Source: the human T2T-CHM13v2.0 reference genome, Homo sapiens. Taken from it: DNA of 64,000 nucleotides. Below, piece by piece: positions 1 through 13,720 of the stretch; position 1 is the stretch's first letter; each line of letters begins with the position of its first letter. Made by a program: the position numbers and the translations under genes. The notes beneath the pieces were generated by a model. The model saw only the letters and a list, made by a program, of their open reading frames with translations, did no database searches and was not told the origin of the DNA. The stretch lies in assembly GCF_009914755.1 (NCBI RefSeq), contig NC_060928.1; one strand, given 5' to 3'.

Positions 1-729
1 AATTTTGAAATTCTATTGAAATAAATGTACTGAAGGAGTATTTCTTGAATTCCCTTGGCATTAAGTTCCTGAAAAATTATATTTTTGCATTTTCAATTGT
101 GACTTATGCTGTGATTTAAATTATAATATAAAATTCATCTACTTGGTTTTATTTTCTTGGAGCTATAAACTAGAATATGCTACAAAAGTAAATTGAATTA
201 AGTTGGAAAATATGGTTAGATTCTCATTAGTTTAAAACTTTTAGTTTTCACTTTGTGCCAGCTATTTGTTCTTGGTGACATTCTGCATACAATACAATCA
301 TGTCAACAGCTAAATATACTTAAATTCAAATGATACCCCCATTAAGAATTAGGAATGTTGTCATTTCAATGTTTCAAATTGTTCTAAAATGTGATATTAA
401 AAAATGAAAAATCATGTTCTGAATTAAAAATGTAATGATCTGAATCGCAATGGATATGTTGTATTTGGTCTATATGGAATTTTTCAGTTTTATGTGAAGA
501 ATTTTAATTGTTCTAAATTATCTTCCAGGTTTATATTAGATTTCCGTAAATAATTGTAAATATTTTTAGAAAGTTGTTTGCATTTAAAGTACAAAAGAGC
601 ATGCAAAATTATTTAGAAAATAATAGAATTATTTAAATTTTCATTATAAAAATTGTGGAAATCGTGGGAATAAGGAGTAGAAAGAAAGAAAGGAGAATGT
701 AGCTGAGGCAGTAACAGCAATAAAGGTGA

Positions 730-1230
730 CACAGACTTTGTTCTTATCAAGTTTATATGCTACAGGCAGTAAATAAGCAAAAAGTGTAATTTTGTATAGC
801 AATAAACCTCATGAAGTAGACAAAAGAGGATAATAGATGGAGGTGACATATAAGCTGCAACCTAAATGACAATAAACAAATGCCAGGTAATTTGGGGAAA
901 GAGTTTTCAAGGTAGATGGGATAGCAAATTCAAAGGCCATGAGGTGGGCACAAGCAAATGTGGTTTAAACGGTGGACCTGAAGTACACAGATATAAGATA
1001 AATTCCAAAATGCAGGCAGGGGCCAGATCATTGGCTCTAAAATGATGAGTTTGTATTGTATTTCAATTACTCTGCAAAGCGAGTATAATCAAAATTTTAT
1101 CATGGCCTGATTTACATGCTAAAAGGATTTCTCCTGCTGCTGCCTGGAAAATGCATTGTAAGGAGGGGCAAATTTGAAATCTGGAAAACCAGTTAGGAAG
1201 TAATTGCAGTAGTCTAAACAAGAAGGGAAG
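730..1230 (-). mobile_element. L2 LINE fragment (old)
   Basis: Motifs resembling the reverse complement of the L2 3' region: 'caaattcaaaggccatgaggtggg', 'ggccagatcattgg', 'gaaaaccagttaggaagtaattgcagtagtctaaac'. Boundaries approximate. Confidence 0.65.
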
Positions 1231-2149
1231 GGATTTCTATATAGAAGAGAAAATAGGGCGGCCGTAGACTACCTAAGGCATAATTTGACATCATTTATCA
1301 GAAAAATACAACAATTACTATTTTTAAGTACAACTTCAGATATTAAAGTTCTAAAATACCATACATTGAATTGACTGAATCCAGTTATCTAATCCAGTTA
1401 TTTGGATTTTATGAATTTTAGATGTTTATAATATAAAAAACTTATGAACCTTCTATCTTGATGCATAGGATAAGATTAAAATTGTATGTCTGCTTGTTTT
1501 TGCCCTAGTCTCTTCTTTCAAGTCCTAGTGAATCAAAGTTCCTAGATCATTGTAACCTCCATGACAACAAAATTGTGCCCATTAAATGCACACAGTTTTA
1601 GTACATAGAGCAATGTGTTTTCAGGGTGCTTTATGTCATAAAGGATAACTGAGAGTTGTTCTATATGAGGACAAAGCACACTATCGAGAGTATATCATCA
1701 TTGGAAATATAGTTTAAGGGACAAAAAGGAAATTATGATGAATACTAAACTTCTCTTTGAAGTGCCTCATGCTAATCTACACTTTAATTGTATGCTCTGG
1801 TTCCCTACATCCACATGGGGAAAAGTATTTTATTGACTCTGCTTGCCAAATATGTTTGGGATGCCATAGAAAATAAGCTGACATTACAGGATATATTGTG
1901 ACTTCAATTACTAAAGGAATCATGAGTCTATTTTTAAGACTAGAAATTTTCTCTTATTGAAAGGAAGAAATTAGAAAGAAAGCAGTTAAGCGGTTTTGTA
2001 CAGGTCATATCCCAAGCTAGTTGGATATTTGGTAATAGAATCCCAACAACTGAAACTTGAAATTCATCACCAGAAGATCATGTTCTCTTTTAAAATAAAC
2101 TAAAAAATCTTCAAATGATATATATTATTAGCTCTCTTACTACATCTTT

Positions 2150-4715
2150 CCTTTGTTTTTAATCAATGTTATTGAGGTGTAATTTACATACAAGAAAATA
2201 CAGCCAGTTTAGTTGTGCAGATCAATGAATTTCTAGCAATATTATCACCACAATCAATTATAGAACAATTCCATCACCACCAAAGTTTCCTACTGACCCC
2301 CGTAGTAAATTCTCCCTTACCACCGGTCTTAGACAATTACTTATTTACTTTCTGTAAATATAGATTGGTTTTATCTTTTTTAGAATTTCATATAAAAGGA
2401 AAGCTATAGATTATATAGTTTTCTTCATCTGTTTTCCTTCACTCAGCATATTGCTTTTAATATTTATTCATATTATTGTGTGTATCAGCCAGTACTGCAC
2501 GTTTTTATATTGCCGAGCAGTTCTCTCATACATGATTGTACCAACATTTTTATCCATTCAGTTGTTGCGCATTTGAGTTATGGCCACTTTTGCCAGCTTT
2601 ATACATAAAGTTGCAAAGAACAATCATTTATAAGTATTTGTGTGGACATGCGCCATCATGGATCTTGAGCAAATACCTAGGTGTGGAGTCCTTGTATTAT
2701 ATGCTGAATTTATGTTTAACTTTATAAGAACTGTTAAAATATTATACAGCGTTGTGCTCCTGCTAAAAATATGTTGAAGTTCCAGTTGCTCTACATTTTT
2801 ATCAATACTTGGTATTGCTAGTGTTTTTTAGTTTTAGCCAGTGTACTGGGTGTGAACTTGTACCATATTTTTGGTTGCAGTTCCCTGATGATATAGAATA
2901 TCTTTGCATATGCTTATTGGCTGATTTGTACATCTGTTTTTAAAGCATATGTTTAAATATTTTTCCTCTTGAAATGGAATTCTTAGGATTGAATTGTAAG
3001 GATTCTCTGTATATTCTTGATACAAGTTATTTGTCAGATATATAAATTATGAATTTTTTTCTAATTTGTAACTTGCCTTCTGCCTTTCATATTAAAAGGT
3101 AACATTTAAAGATGTTTATAATTGTGATAAAATCCAATTAGTTTTTATTTTACAGTTCATTCTATGACATTTTTGCTAGCCATATTTAAAATTTTTTTGC
3201 TAGCTTACAGTTGTAAAGTTTTTCTCCTATGGTTTTTTCTAGAAATGTAAAAAGTTTATCTCTTACATTTACATCTATGATTCATTTCATGAGAAACTTG
3301 TATATTATTTGAGAGAAGGGTAGAGGTTTACTTTTAAATTATGATGATGTTCTAGTACTATTTCCTTAAATATTATTTTTCAACCATTACATTTTCTTGC
3401 TGCCTTTGTTGAAAATCAATCAACTTTATATGTGTTGGTATATTTCTGGACTCTCTATTCTGTTACAGTGATCTATATGTCTATCCTTATGTCAATGCCA
3501 AACTGCATTTATTACAGTAACTTTGTACCTAATCTCGAAAACCATGCAATTTAAGTCATTCAACTTTGTTCTTCTTTGAAATCATTTGTGCTCTTCTAGT
3601 TTCCATTGTGTGATCACATATTTTTAAATAAGTTTGCTTGTTTCTATGAAAACTTTTTACTGGATTTTAATTGGCATTGCATTGAATCTCTAAGTCAATT
3701 TGGGAAGAATTGATACCTTAACAATACTGAGTCATCGAATCCATGAATGTGGCATATTTTCAGATTTCTAGGTCTTCATAAATTTCTCTCAGCAAAGCTT
3801 TGTAGTTTTATATGCACAGGTGTGGTGGATATTTTGTTAAATTTATCTTTAAGAATTTTATGTTCTTGATGCCATTGTAAGCCTTTTTAATGTAAGCCTT
3901 TTCATCTTCCAGGTTATTAATGCTAGCATATATATAAATTAAAAATAAACTTGTGTATCGAGTTTGTATTTTGTGCCCTTCTTGAATTTGCTTCACTGTT
4001 CTAGTTTCTTTTGTGTACATTTGTTAGAATTTCTATGCATAGAATTATAGATATACTTACCTATTTTTTTCTAATTTTTACAAATTTTATTTCTTTTTAT
4101 GACCTATTGCACTGTACCTCCAAGATTCCGTTGGAAATAGAGAAAGTGTATATCCTTTCCTTTTTTTCAATCTTATGATGAAAGTATTCATTCATTCCCC
4201 CATTAAGTATGTTGGCAAGAGTGAGATTGTTGTGGATATCCTTTTTCAGGCTGACTCTGTTCTTTATTTTCTAAGTTTATTGTTATTGATGGTTTTAAAT
4301 GAATAACATTATATTCTACATTTATTCAAACTAGCATATATTTTTACCTCTTTTTTATATTAACATGGTCAATTAATTTCTTGAAGGTTAAACCAAGCTT
4401 ACATTCCTATGACAAACCACATGTATCATTTTTTTGAAATAATTGTAATTAATTTCAATTGATTCCTTAGTATATTTTAAGCAAATATGCATTTTAAATC
4501 ATGAGAAATATTGTTATGCAACTTAATTTCCTTTTAACACATTCCTCAGTTTCAGTAGTAGGTAAACACTGACTGCAAACAGAAAATGACTTTTTTCTGT
4601 TTTTTTCCTCTATTCTTGGAAGTTTGTCTAAGATTAATACCTTTTATCACTTAAAGATTTGATAGAATTAGAATCTACCAGATAAATCATCTGTACCTAG
4701 AGATTACTTGTGGTA
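2150..4715 (-). mobile_element. Old L1M (L1MC/MD/ME-like) 3' UTR plus decayed ORF2 end
   Basis: Starts with the antisense L1M 3'-end pattern 'ttattgaggtgtaatttacatacaag'. Continues with antisense ORF2 motifs 'atttctggactctctattctgtt' and 'ttggcattgcattgaatctctaagtcaatttgggaagaattgataccttaacaatactgagtc'. Confidence 0.85.
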
Positions 4716-5359
4716 ATAGAGCCCATGGCAGGAATGGGGTGAGCATCCTGGGTGCAGGCAGCTGAGAGCTCACATGGTAAATGATGTCTGCCACCTTCCC
4801 AGCCACACTGGGGTGCTGAAGACCAGAGACAGCACCACAGTGGAACACAAATGGGTGAGAACCAACCCATGGGTCCACATACATGCAACTTAAATTCAAA
4901 AGTAGGTGATGAATCATGGGTATTCAGAGCCCTGAACTTATCCTGGTGTGAAACATGAAGGAGAATCACCAAAATCAGACAGCCAAAATCAGCCTGTCAG
5001 TACCATTCTGGCAGTCTAGTGTCAAACAATCCCATAAAACAAATAACTACACGGGATAGCAAGAGTGGTCTGTTTACATGAATGCCCTCCTGGAATTGAG
5101 TTGCTTATGGCATAAGGTCAATTATGGAAGCAGAGATGAAGATGCTGAGACAGGAACGCTGGGACCCATGTCTGATGAGGTCCAGTGAAGCCAGGTTCAG
5201 ATTCAGTGCATTCTGCCCAAATGACACTGCTGACACTGAGACAGTCCCCAGCACTGGAGAGAGAAATAATTTGAAGAATTTGAGGAAGATGATCAAATAT
5301 GTGAGGCTCCTTCAGCAGCCAGGCTTGGAAAGGACCCCTGCTTACTTGGGTACACGGGT

Positions 5360-6400
5360 GGTAGTAGATATCAACACCATTTACTGAGGTAAAGAACACT
5401 GGGAGACTCTGAATAGATAAATTAGTGAATTCAGCTTCTGAATATGTGGCTTCTAAAGGGAAATATTGAAGAAGAAATCAGATAAATGCTTACAGGAGAT
5501 GACATATGCATTCAGGAGGAATATATATGTATAGTATTATGTGCATATAATATTGTATTAATCTCTCTTTCCTCTATCTATCTATCTATCTATTTAGTGC
5601 ATGAGAGAGACTTGGGTGAGAATGTAGGGGAGAAAAGAGATGACAAACCACTGAACAAAGTCCTTGAGAAGTCATAAATACTCACCTAGAATTGCCTAAG
5701 CCCACAAAGAATACAGTGATAAGAATACCTAGTAAAGGAAAAAGGAAAGAGAATAAAAGAAAATGTTACAGAAACCTGGGGGAAATATTTTACAGAAAAA
5801 GGGAGTGAAAAGCTGTGTCAAGTCCTGCTGGGAGATCAAGTAGGATAGATCAAGAAACATGTCTGTTAGCAACATGGAGTTCTTGATAACTTTGGCAGGA
5901 GCACTTTCCCTGGCCTAATGGGAGTAGAATCCCTTTTTTGAAGTAGATTTAGAAAGTAGCTAGATTGAGAGGTGAGTAAATCAAGACAAGTGTAGTTTAC
6001 TCCTTTTTAAAACATAAGTTTGACACTGAGAAGTTGAGAGATAAAGAAATGTAGTAGGAGGGAGATTCAGAGCACAGTGGAACTTCTGGAAAAGGAAATA
6101 TCATTCTCAGAAAAAAAATTAGAATATTTAAACTTTGAGAGTGAGGGCAAGAGGAGGTGAGGTTTGTGAATACGTTTCCTGAGAAGGTGACAGAATTGTA
6201 TCCAGAGCACAAGGAGGCACAGGTGACAGAGTTGGCCCTTGAGAGAAATGTTTCTTCCATTAGAGCCAGAGATAGGAAAAGAGTAGGTGCAAAAGTGGGA
6301 ACATTTGATGAAGTTTAAAAAAATTAAATTGTTTGCTGTGATAATGTCTATTGTCTCTGTAAGGTACCAGACAGGGGTAGGATTATGAAGTATGAGAGGC
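5360..6400 (-). mobile_element. L2 LINE fragments
   Basis: Antisense L2 motifs 'accatttactgaggtaaagaacactggg', 'gaattcagcttctgaatatgtgg' and 'gggagatcaagtaggatag...ttagcaacatggagttcttgataactttggcaggagcactttc'. Boundaries approximate. Confidence 0.7.
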
Positions 6401-7479
6401 TTAAATGTATGAAATAAGCCAACAGTGTTTGAACTAGTCAGTTCTGGATGTGATTATTGGGTAGAAATAAGAAACAGTAAATTTCAATGCTGAACATTGT
6501 GACCTGTGGACATCAGTGACCAATAGTTAGGGACAATCAGAGTGCCCTTTTGATTCATTTTCTCTGCCTTGGCTCAGCAACCAAGATGCAGGCATTGAGA
6601 AGATGAATAGTCAGCTTTGTCCACAGCTGGGTCAAGTTGGGCTCTCAAGGTGTGGGCAGAATACAAATTGAAGTTACTTCCCATTGCTTCTAAAATTACT
6701 AGGAACCAAAGTGTATACGGTAGAATAAGGAGGAATAAGAACAAATAGAGAAGTCAACAGGCCATCCTAAAAATAGCAGTGGTGATTCAAGACAGAAGGA
6801 TAGGGTTTGGGGATTGAACATGAGATAAATGGCTTGGAGATTAAAGGATGGAGCAATTTCAGCTGGAAACATGGCTGATGCTTCGGAAAGCAGTGGTTTG
6901 ATGGGTTAGAGGAGACAGATAACGAGGAACAGGAAGTTTGGTGTTAGATAGCTCCACTCCTTCATACGCATGACACTGGCTTTAGAAGTCCGGAAGTTTT
7001 ATGACCAATGAATTCATCAGATAAAACAGTATATTCATCAAAAATTCTTTTAAGTACATGATTTTTCTTTCAGAAATCATCTAATCCTTTTGAATTATCT
7101 GTCCATTCCCTTGCTCCTCTCTATTAAGAGTAGTTTGAGATGCATAGAGATTACACGTTTTATATTCATGGTTTGTCTTCTGAATCTTTTCAAACATAAG
7201 ATTAATATAATCATCTCTTTCTATCTCTGGCTTTTCTCCAGACCTCAAAGGATTTAATTCATTTAATTAATAGAATATTCAGTATTCATAGGAAGGCTGC
7301 CTTGAAGTAGAAATAAATGATCCTTCATGGACAGGTTGATTATATTGAAACTATCCTCAAATATTAAGATGTATCAAATATGTCACATATATAAAAAAAC
7401 TCATATAAAAATATACTTGGATCAGGCCAGTGAAGATTAAATTTTATATTCTCTCTATAAAATGTATAACACGTTCTTT

Positions 7480-8300
7480 TCTTATATAAAAATTAATTAT
7501 ACAAGCAATGAATAAATATATTATCGTTATAAATAAATCAGTAAACATATAGTATATAAAACATGAAATGTCATTCTTTAATGACACACTTTCAGTCCCT
7601 TAAAAGTAATAGTTTTGTATTTATCCTACCAGCTTTTCTCCCTTTTAAAAAGTTATTTTTATTGGAAAAGACATTAAGATTCATTGAAGAAATATATAAC
7701 ATATAGACAGTTTTAAAGAAGAAAAAATCATCTATTTATGGTAATCAATTTGCTAGAAGTTATATACACAGACGTATTCTGCTTATTTTCACTTACTGTT
7801 CTTCATAAACATCATTGATTGCTGTGTAATGATATTCTGTTTCATAGATTTACCAAACTTTATTTCTTCTAGTTCTGTCTCTACATGTGTAGGTGGCTCC
7901 AATAACAAGTGATGCCTCAAAGAATATCTTACAATCTTTATATTTGTCTTCGTTTTTGAATATTACTTTAGGAAATATTACTTTAGAAAAGAAAGTTATT
8001 GTTCAAAGTATATGAAAGTTTTAAAGAATCTTGAATTAAATCACCAATTGTTTTTCTAAAAGTTTGTTTAAACAAATACTTAATTGTTTAGGGCTATTTA
8101 TTGATATTGCACCACTTAACTACAATATTTTCATTATTCACAATTCTTTTTACAAATTGTTTGCTAAAATTTGTGTTCATTTGATGATTTGTTATGTTAA
8201 ATATTCTTTACTTGTTTATTAACTGTAATGGACCTATTGTTTGGATATATACGAACATTTCACCCAGGTTAACTATTTGTTTGTTTTCCTGAAGAAAAAT
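7480..8300 (-). mobile_element. Highly diverged L1ME-like 3' fragment
   Basis: 'attctgcttattttcacttac...gctgtgtaatgatattctgtttcatagatttaccaaactttattt' and 'gatgcctcaaagaatatctt' resemble the antisense L1ME 3' UTR. Confidence 0.5.
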
Positions 8301-9059
8301 AATTTATTATCTAACATTAGCCAAAATGATCAATTTGTCTGATTAATCTACCTCTTATGGATTTTTATTTATCCTACTAGTCTTTTCTGATAGCAAAGAA
8401 CAACAAACCACATATATTATAAAAGTGGATGTGTATGCATTTTTTTGTCCTTTTTGTCATTTGTTTTGCTTTGTTTGACTTTTACATTTCAAGAATATAA
8501 GAAACAGAAAGCCAAATTCCTGCACACGAAGTGCTGCTTAAACTGTACAAGGTACTATTACATATGTTCATCCTCCCCTCTCCAACCTAAAAAGAACTAA
8601 GAACGCAGGACAAATAATAATTTTTAAAGTAGGGGGCATCTTTGACAGATAAGTGGTGGAACATTAAAAATAAACTTGGTCAGTCTACAGTTGTATCCAT
8701 TCTCTTTAGACCTGGGTCAGTCCAATTTAGACAAGGGTCAGTGTCATTCAAGAATTTTGCTGAGGTGGCCCATTCCTCATTTTCCTTTTGCAATCACCTT
8801 GAGTCTAAGTAAACAAAAACTATCAAACCATCCTAGTTGCTAGCAAAACTTAGTTGCTAAAATTCCTCAAGGGACACTTCCAAATCTGGAATTGGAGGGG
8901 ACTTTAGCCTGGAAAATTAGTATGCTATCCTGTTTAGAAGATACAAATTCATAGGAAAAGTATTAACTTGTTTAGCAGAGTGAAGGAAATGGTAACACAC
9001 AGTGTCTGCAAGGCGGAGGTTCATTAGAAACGAACCAATGTCACATTTTCCAATAATGT

Positions 9060-9850
9060 GAATGAGGAAAGCCTTATGTTAATAAGATAAAATATTGTTA
9101 ATTTTCGGAACTGTGTGGATTAAAAAAACCTAAAAGTTTCTAGAGGGAATAAAAGGATAATAAAACAGATCACATATCAAGAAATGAGAATAAAATAGTA
9201 TCACATTTCCAACAGAAAACAAAGGCAATGTTTTTAAATTTTTGAACAAAAGTATTAGGTATAATTCTACATCCAGATTATTAATCCAAGTGCAGGCAGA
9301 ATACAGATCTTTTCAGAAATATCAAGAACAAATACTTCTGCCTCCTTTCAACTTATTTTTAGGAGACTGCTGGTAGACGTGCTTTTGAAAAACAAGACTG
9401 TAACTTACAGGAAGAAATGAAACCCAAAATATAAGAGGTTCCAACCAGGGGAGAAGTGATGCAAACTTCTGAGATTCCAGCTGTTCAGCTGTCCTATGAG
9501 GCTGAGTCCAGATTGAAGTAGGGCGACAGAGGACTTCAAGAAGGATAGCTCCAGGAAATAAACAACAATAACAAAATAGAGAATTATCGATTATCAGACT
9601 GTGTGTCAGCATCTGGAAGAAACTCCAGTTTTGCGTATGAGATATAAGTGAGTAATACTTGATCAAAAAGGAGAGACCCAAATAAAAATATAAGAAAAAA
9701 ATAGCTTAACAAAGTTAAAAGTGACTTTTTTCCCCTAGAAAGTAGAATTGGAGTGGAGAAAATATGGAAGGAAAAAGCTTCTTTTCTTTGTTAAATATGA
9801 AATATATGAATACTTTGATAAAATGAAAACATAAATAGCGATCAAAATAA
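9060..9850 (+). mobile_element. HAL1 (half-L1, ORF1-only non-autonomous LINE) remnant
   Basis: ORF1-end-like 'attctacatccagattattaatccaagtgcaggcagaatacagatcttttcagaaatatcaag'. Followed by HAL1-type 3' motifs 'ccagctgttcagctgtcctatgaggctgagtccagattgaagtagg' and 'ttaaaagtgacttttttcccctagaaag'. Confidence 0.65.
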
Positions 9851-10560
9851 AATTGAAAGATTAAAATAAAATGGCTGGGAATTGAAACAAGGAACTAGAT
9901 AAGAAACACAAAAAAAGTTGAAAATAAGTTAATAAAATTAAAAATAAATTATAAGAAGAGAACAAAAAACAACAGAACAAAGTTCACATTTGATCATTAA
10001 AACCAAAACTTTTTTTTTTAATGTCAATAAACGTGGGCAGGGCTCCACAGGGATTTGCAAGACAGAAATTGCCCAGCTCCTTTTAGTATAGTCAGAAATA
10101 AGGACAATTAATTGGAGATAAAATTATTTTAAAGATAACAATGAGATTCCTTCATCCTTTCTGTTTATCCTTCTACCTTTACATTCAAAGCCAAATGCTA
10201 TGGCTTTAGTTTCTTTGATGCAGACATGTTAAATGCAATCACTTAGTCACAACTCGATATTATTGTTGTCTCCAGAACTTCACAGAGCATTTTTCTGGTA
10301 ATAAGTGAAGTTTATTTCCAACAAGTTGTAAAAGCATGGTGTAAGATCCTTCTTGTTTTTAACTTAATGAAAAAAAAATCCCATTTACATTTTGCAATGT
10401 GGGAAAACACATGCCACATCTCTGCAACTTGTTTGTGAGAAATAGAAAAGCTTACACCTACATTCTCTTAACACTTCTCTCCTTATTTTTGGTCATTACA
10501 TTTGCAGATATGAGTCAGAAGTCTATATCATCTGGAGATGAAGAAAACATAGATAATTCC

Positions 10561-10591
10561 TGTGTGTGTGTGTGTGTCTGTGTTTGTGTGT
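10561..10591. repeat. Interrupted (TG)n microsatellite
   Basis: tgtgtgtgtgtgtgtgtctgtgtttgtgtgt seen directly. Confidence 0.9.
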
Positions 10592-11335
10592 CTTTCCAAA
10601 TAGTGCACAAATGACCCAAGCAAGGGGAAAATGCCAAAAATCAGAAAAATAACAAACAAAAGTCATTAATTCATACACTATTGTGAACTGCATTTTCACA
10701 GTGAAAAAAGCTAAGTAGGTAATATAAATATGCTGCAGCTGAAAAGCATTTGACAGTCTGATATCACTTTAATCAGTGTGTGCTCACAGTCATTTGAATT
10801 GTTCACTCATAACCAAATGGGCTATTTTCATCTTCCTCCAGTGTAATACTTACAGCATCTTCTTCACAATAACTTGTAATAATACTAAAGTGAACCCCTG
10901 GGACTATACATCTCACAGAGTTGTAGCTATATCTTGCTGTTGTCTGGCCTTTCTGTTTCAAATATCTCAAAGGAATAATTTTCAACATGCTAGAACCTTT
11001 TTCACTCTAGTATCTATTGTGATTGACAACTTAATCCATGCTAATTCATTGCTGACCTGCATTTTTCTGACTCTAGCATACCTCTAAAGAATAACCATGG
11101 AGAAGACAGAAATGAAAATTAGAAACTCTGACAGCAGTGTTACATTCAGATCATTTGTTACTATAGAATTACATTCCCTAAATTCATCTAACAGATCTCA
11201 TTGCTTTTCTATATTTCTTTAAAAATTATTATATATAATTGATGCATAATAATTATACATATTTATGGAGTACAGTGTGATATTTCAATACATGTATACA
11301 ACATGTATTGATCAGTTCAGGATAATTAGTATTCC

Positions 11336-11403
11336 CATTACCTCAAACATGTATCATTGCTTTGTGTTGCATTACCTCAAACATGTATCATTGCTTTGTG
11401 TTG
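11336..11403. repeat. Perfect 34-bp tandem duplication
   Basis: cattacctcaaacatgtatcattgctttgtgttg at 11336-11369 and 11370-11403. Confidence 0.95.
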
Positions 11404-11412
11404 TAAACATTC

Positions 11413-11672
11413 TTTTTTTTTTTTTGAGATGGTGTCTCGCCCTGTCACCCAAGGCTGGAGTGCAGTGCACGATCTTGGCTCACTGCAACCTCCGCCTTCC
11501 AGGTTCGAGCAATTCTCCTGCCTCAGCCTCCTGAGTAGCTGGCATTACAGACATGTGCCACTATGCCGGGCTAATTTTTATATTTTTAGTAGAGACGAGG
11601 GTTCACCCTGTTGGCCAGGCTGGTCTCGAACTCCTGACCTCTTGATCTGCCCGCCTCAGCCTCCCAAAGTGC
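11413..11672 (-). mobile_element. AluS (AluSg-like), ~30 nt 5'-truncated
   Basis: T-tract, then the antisense Alu body ending at 'ctcccaaagtgc'. 'gacctcttgatc' has the short (Sg/Sc/Y-type) spacing. TSD taaacattc at 11404-11412 and 11680-11688. Confidence 0.95.
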
Positions 11673-12107
11673 CGGTGTATAAACATTCACAATCCACTTA
11701 TCTGCCTATTTGGAAATATACAATAAATTGTTATTAATTGCAGTCACCCAGTAGTGCTATAGGACACTAGAACTTTTTCCTCCCAACTAGCCGTATCTGC
11801 TATCCAACTTCTGGCTGTCCCCATCCTCCACCCCAAACCTTTCCTACCTCTAGTAACCACCAGTCTACCTAGTCTATGCTCTACTTCTATGAGATCATTT
11901 TCTTTTTGCTTCCACATACAACTGAGAACATGAGACATTTGTCCTTCTGTGCCTGGCTTATTTTGCTCAATGATGTCCTTCAGGCTCATCTGTATTGCTG
12001 CAAATGACGGGATTTTTTTCTTTTTATGGCTGAATAGTATTCTATTGTGTGTACATACCACATGTTAATGTTGTTAAAATTACAATGATTTTTGTTATAG
12101 TGAATCA

Positions 12108-12507
<400 letters not shown>

Positions 12508-13559
12508 TCATTCTGATATGCTGTTTTGAAAACGTATGAAAGCTCAAATATTTTATATACTCCAGAGATACCCATGAATATGTGCCCCATATAAACACAT
12601 GAACGTCATTCATATTATGTATATCTGGAAGAAAACCGTATAGAATGACTTTGCTAAAATATGAGACTAGCACCCAAGAGAAAAGATGCTCTCATAATGT
12701 ATAAGTGGATTTGACTTCACCACAGACTGTCTCTCTCTCTGTGTCTCTCTCTGACTTTCTCGCTCCTCCCCATTTGTGAGTTTGCTTTAGAGAACCTTAT
12801 TTGATATTTGGCATGTAACCTTCTTAAATATTTTAGTAAATGTTTCTATATACCTGTAAATAATATATAAGAATGTGTATCAGGATTTTAAAATTTAGCT
12901 GTACTTTTCCATTTCTACCTTCTTTCTAACTTTGAACAAAATACTTTATTTTAGTTACTATCACAGTTACCTCTGGGTTATTAACCAAGGTTAATGTGAA
13001 CATTTACAGTTTTGGTGGTGGAAGTTTAAAACTGCATTTAATATTATTAAAATATGACTGGTGCTTGTAATGGCAGCCTTTGGCATGAACGCAAAGATTG
13101 ATATGCATCATATTTCATTCTAAATCACAGGTAAAATGAAATAGCTCCCTTGTGCTTGATTTGTTCCTGGTGACCATCTTGATGATTGATGCAGATAACC
13201 ACGCGATCAGCAGCACCTGAAATAAGTATTGATCTTCATGATTGCTGAAAGGAACAGATGAGCTTTCACAAGCCCCTTGAGAGTTTGGACTTAAAAAAAA
13301 TATCTTTGACAAATTTGAAGGCTTTGATATTTTTCTCTGGATCCACTCTGCCTCTAAACATTACAAAAGGACGATTGTCTTTTTCCATGTTAAGTATCCT
13401 GGATTTATGACAGTCTAAGATCAATGAAGTAAAATAGCAGAAATCGAAATAATATTCTAATGGAAGAAATACAAACCCCTCCATGAAATTTAAAAACAGT
13501 TGTGAGACAAAAAGCACTTGTTTAACGAGTCACAATGATACCGACAATACAGACAAAAG

Positions 13560-13720
13560 ACGTTTGGTGCAAACCCTGAATTGGGAAAGAACTCGGGTGG
13601 CCTTATCACTGATTCTATTCACTTTTATACTAAATTAATAATAACCCTACATCATCGCAGAGTTCTTGTAAATCCTAATAAAAATAATATCAGAGAGAGA
13701 ACTTTCTAAATGCTAAAGTT
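13560..13720 (+). mobile_element. MIR-family SINE remnant
   Basis: 'taataataaccctacatcatcgcagagttcttgtaaatcctaataaaaataatatcagagagagaactttctaaatgctaaag' resembles the MIR core and 3' part. Confidence 0.45.

Larger units (their letters stand above)
11218..12065 (-). mobile_element. L1MA-family 3' end, interrupted by an Alu
   Basis: Antisense L1MA 3' terminus 'aattatacatatttatggagtacagtgtgatatttcaatacatgtatac'. Resumes after the Alu with 'gagaacatgagacatttgtccttctgtgcctggcttatt'. ORF 11744..12061(-) reads as the decayed end of L1 ORF2 and 3' UTR. Confidence 0.9.

Noticed and set aside
5124-5387. 87-aa ORF with LRKMIKYVRLLQQ resembling bHLH helix 2
   Set aside because: There is no basic region or helix 1, and the ORF runs into L2 sequence. 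The resemblance is too short to support a call.
8706-8745. Short imperfect tandem duplications (also ~1378-1403, ~8832-8859, ~34201-34230)
   Set aside because: Two-copy slippage products of 13-22 bp, ordinary in neutral DNA and not arrays.
10600-11150. Repeat-free segment with TGACAG and TAAT motifs that might be a conserved element
   Set aside because: Motif density is not clearly above AT-rich background, and I cannot assess conservation from this sequence.
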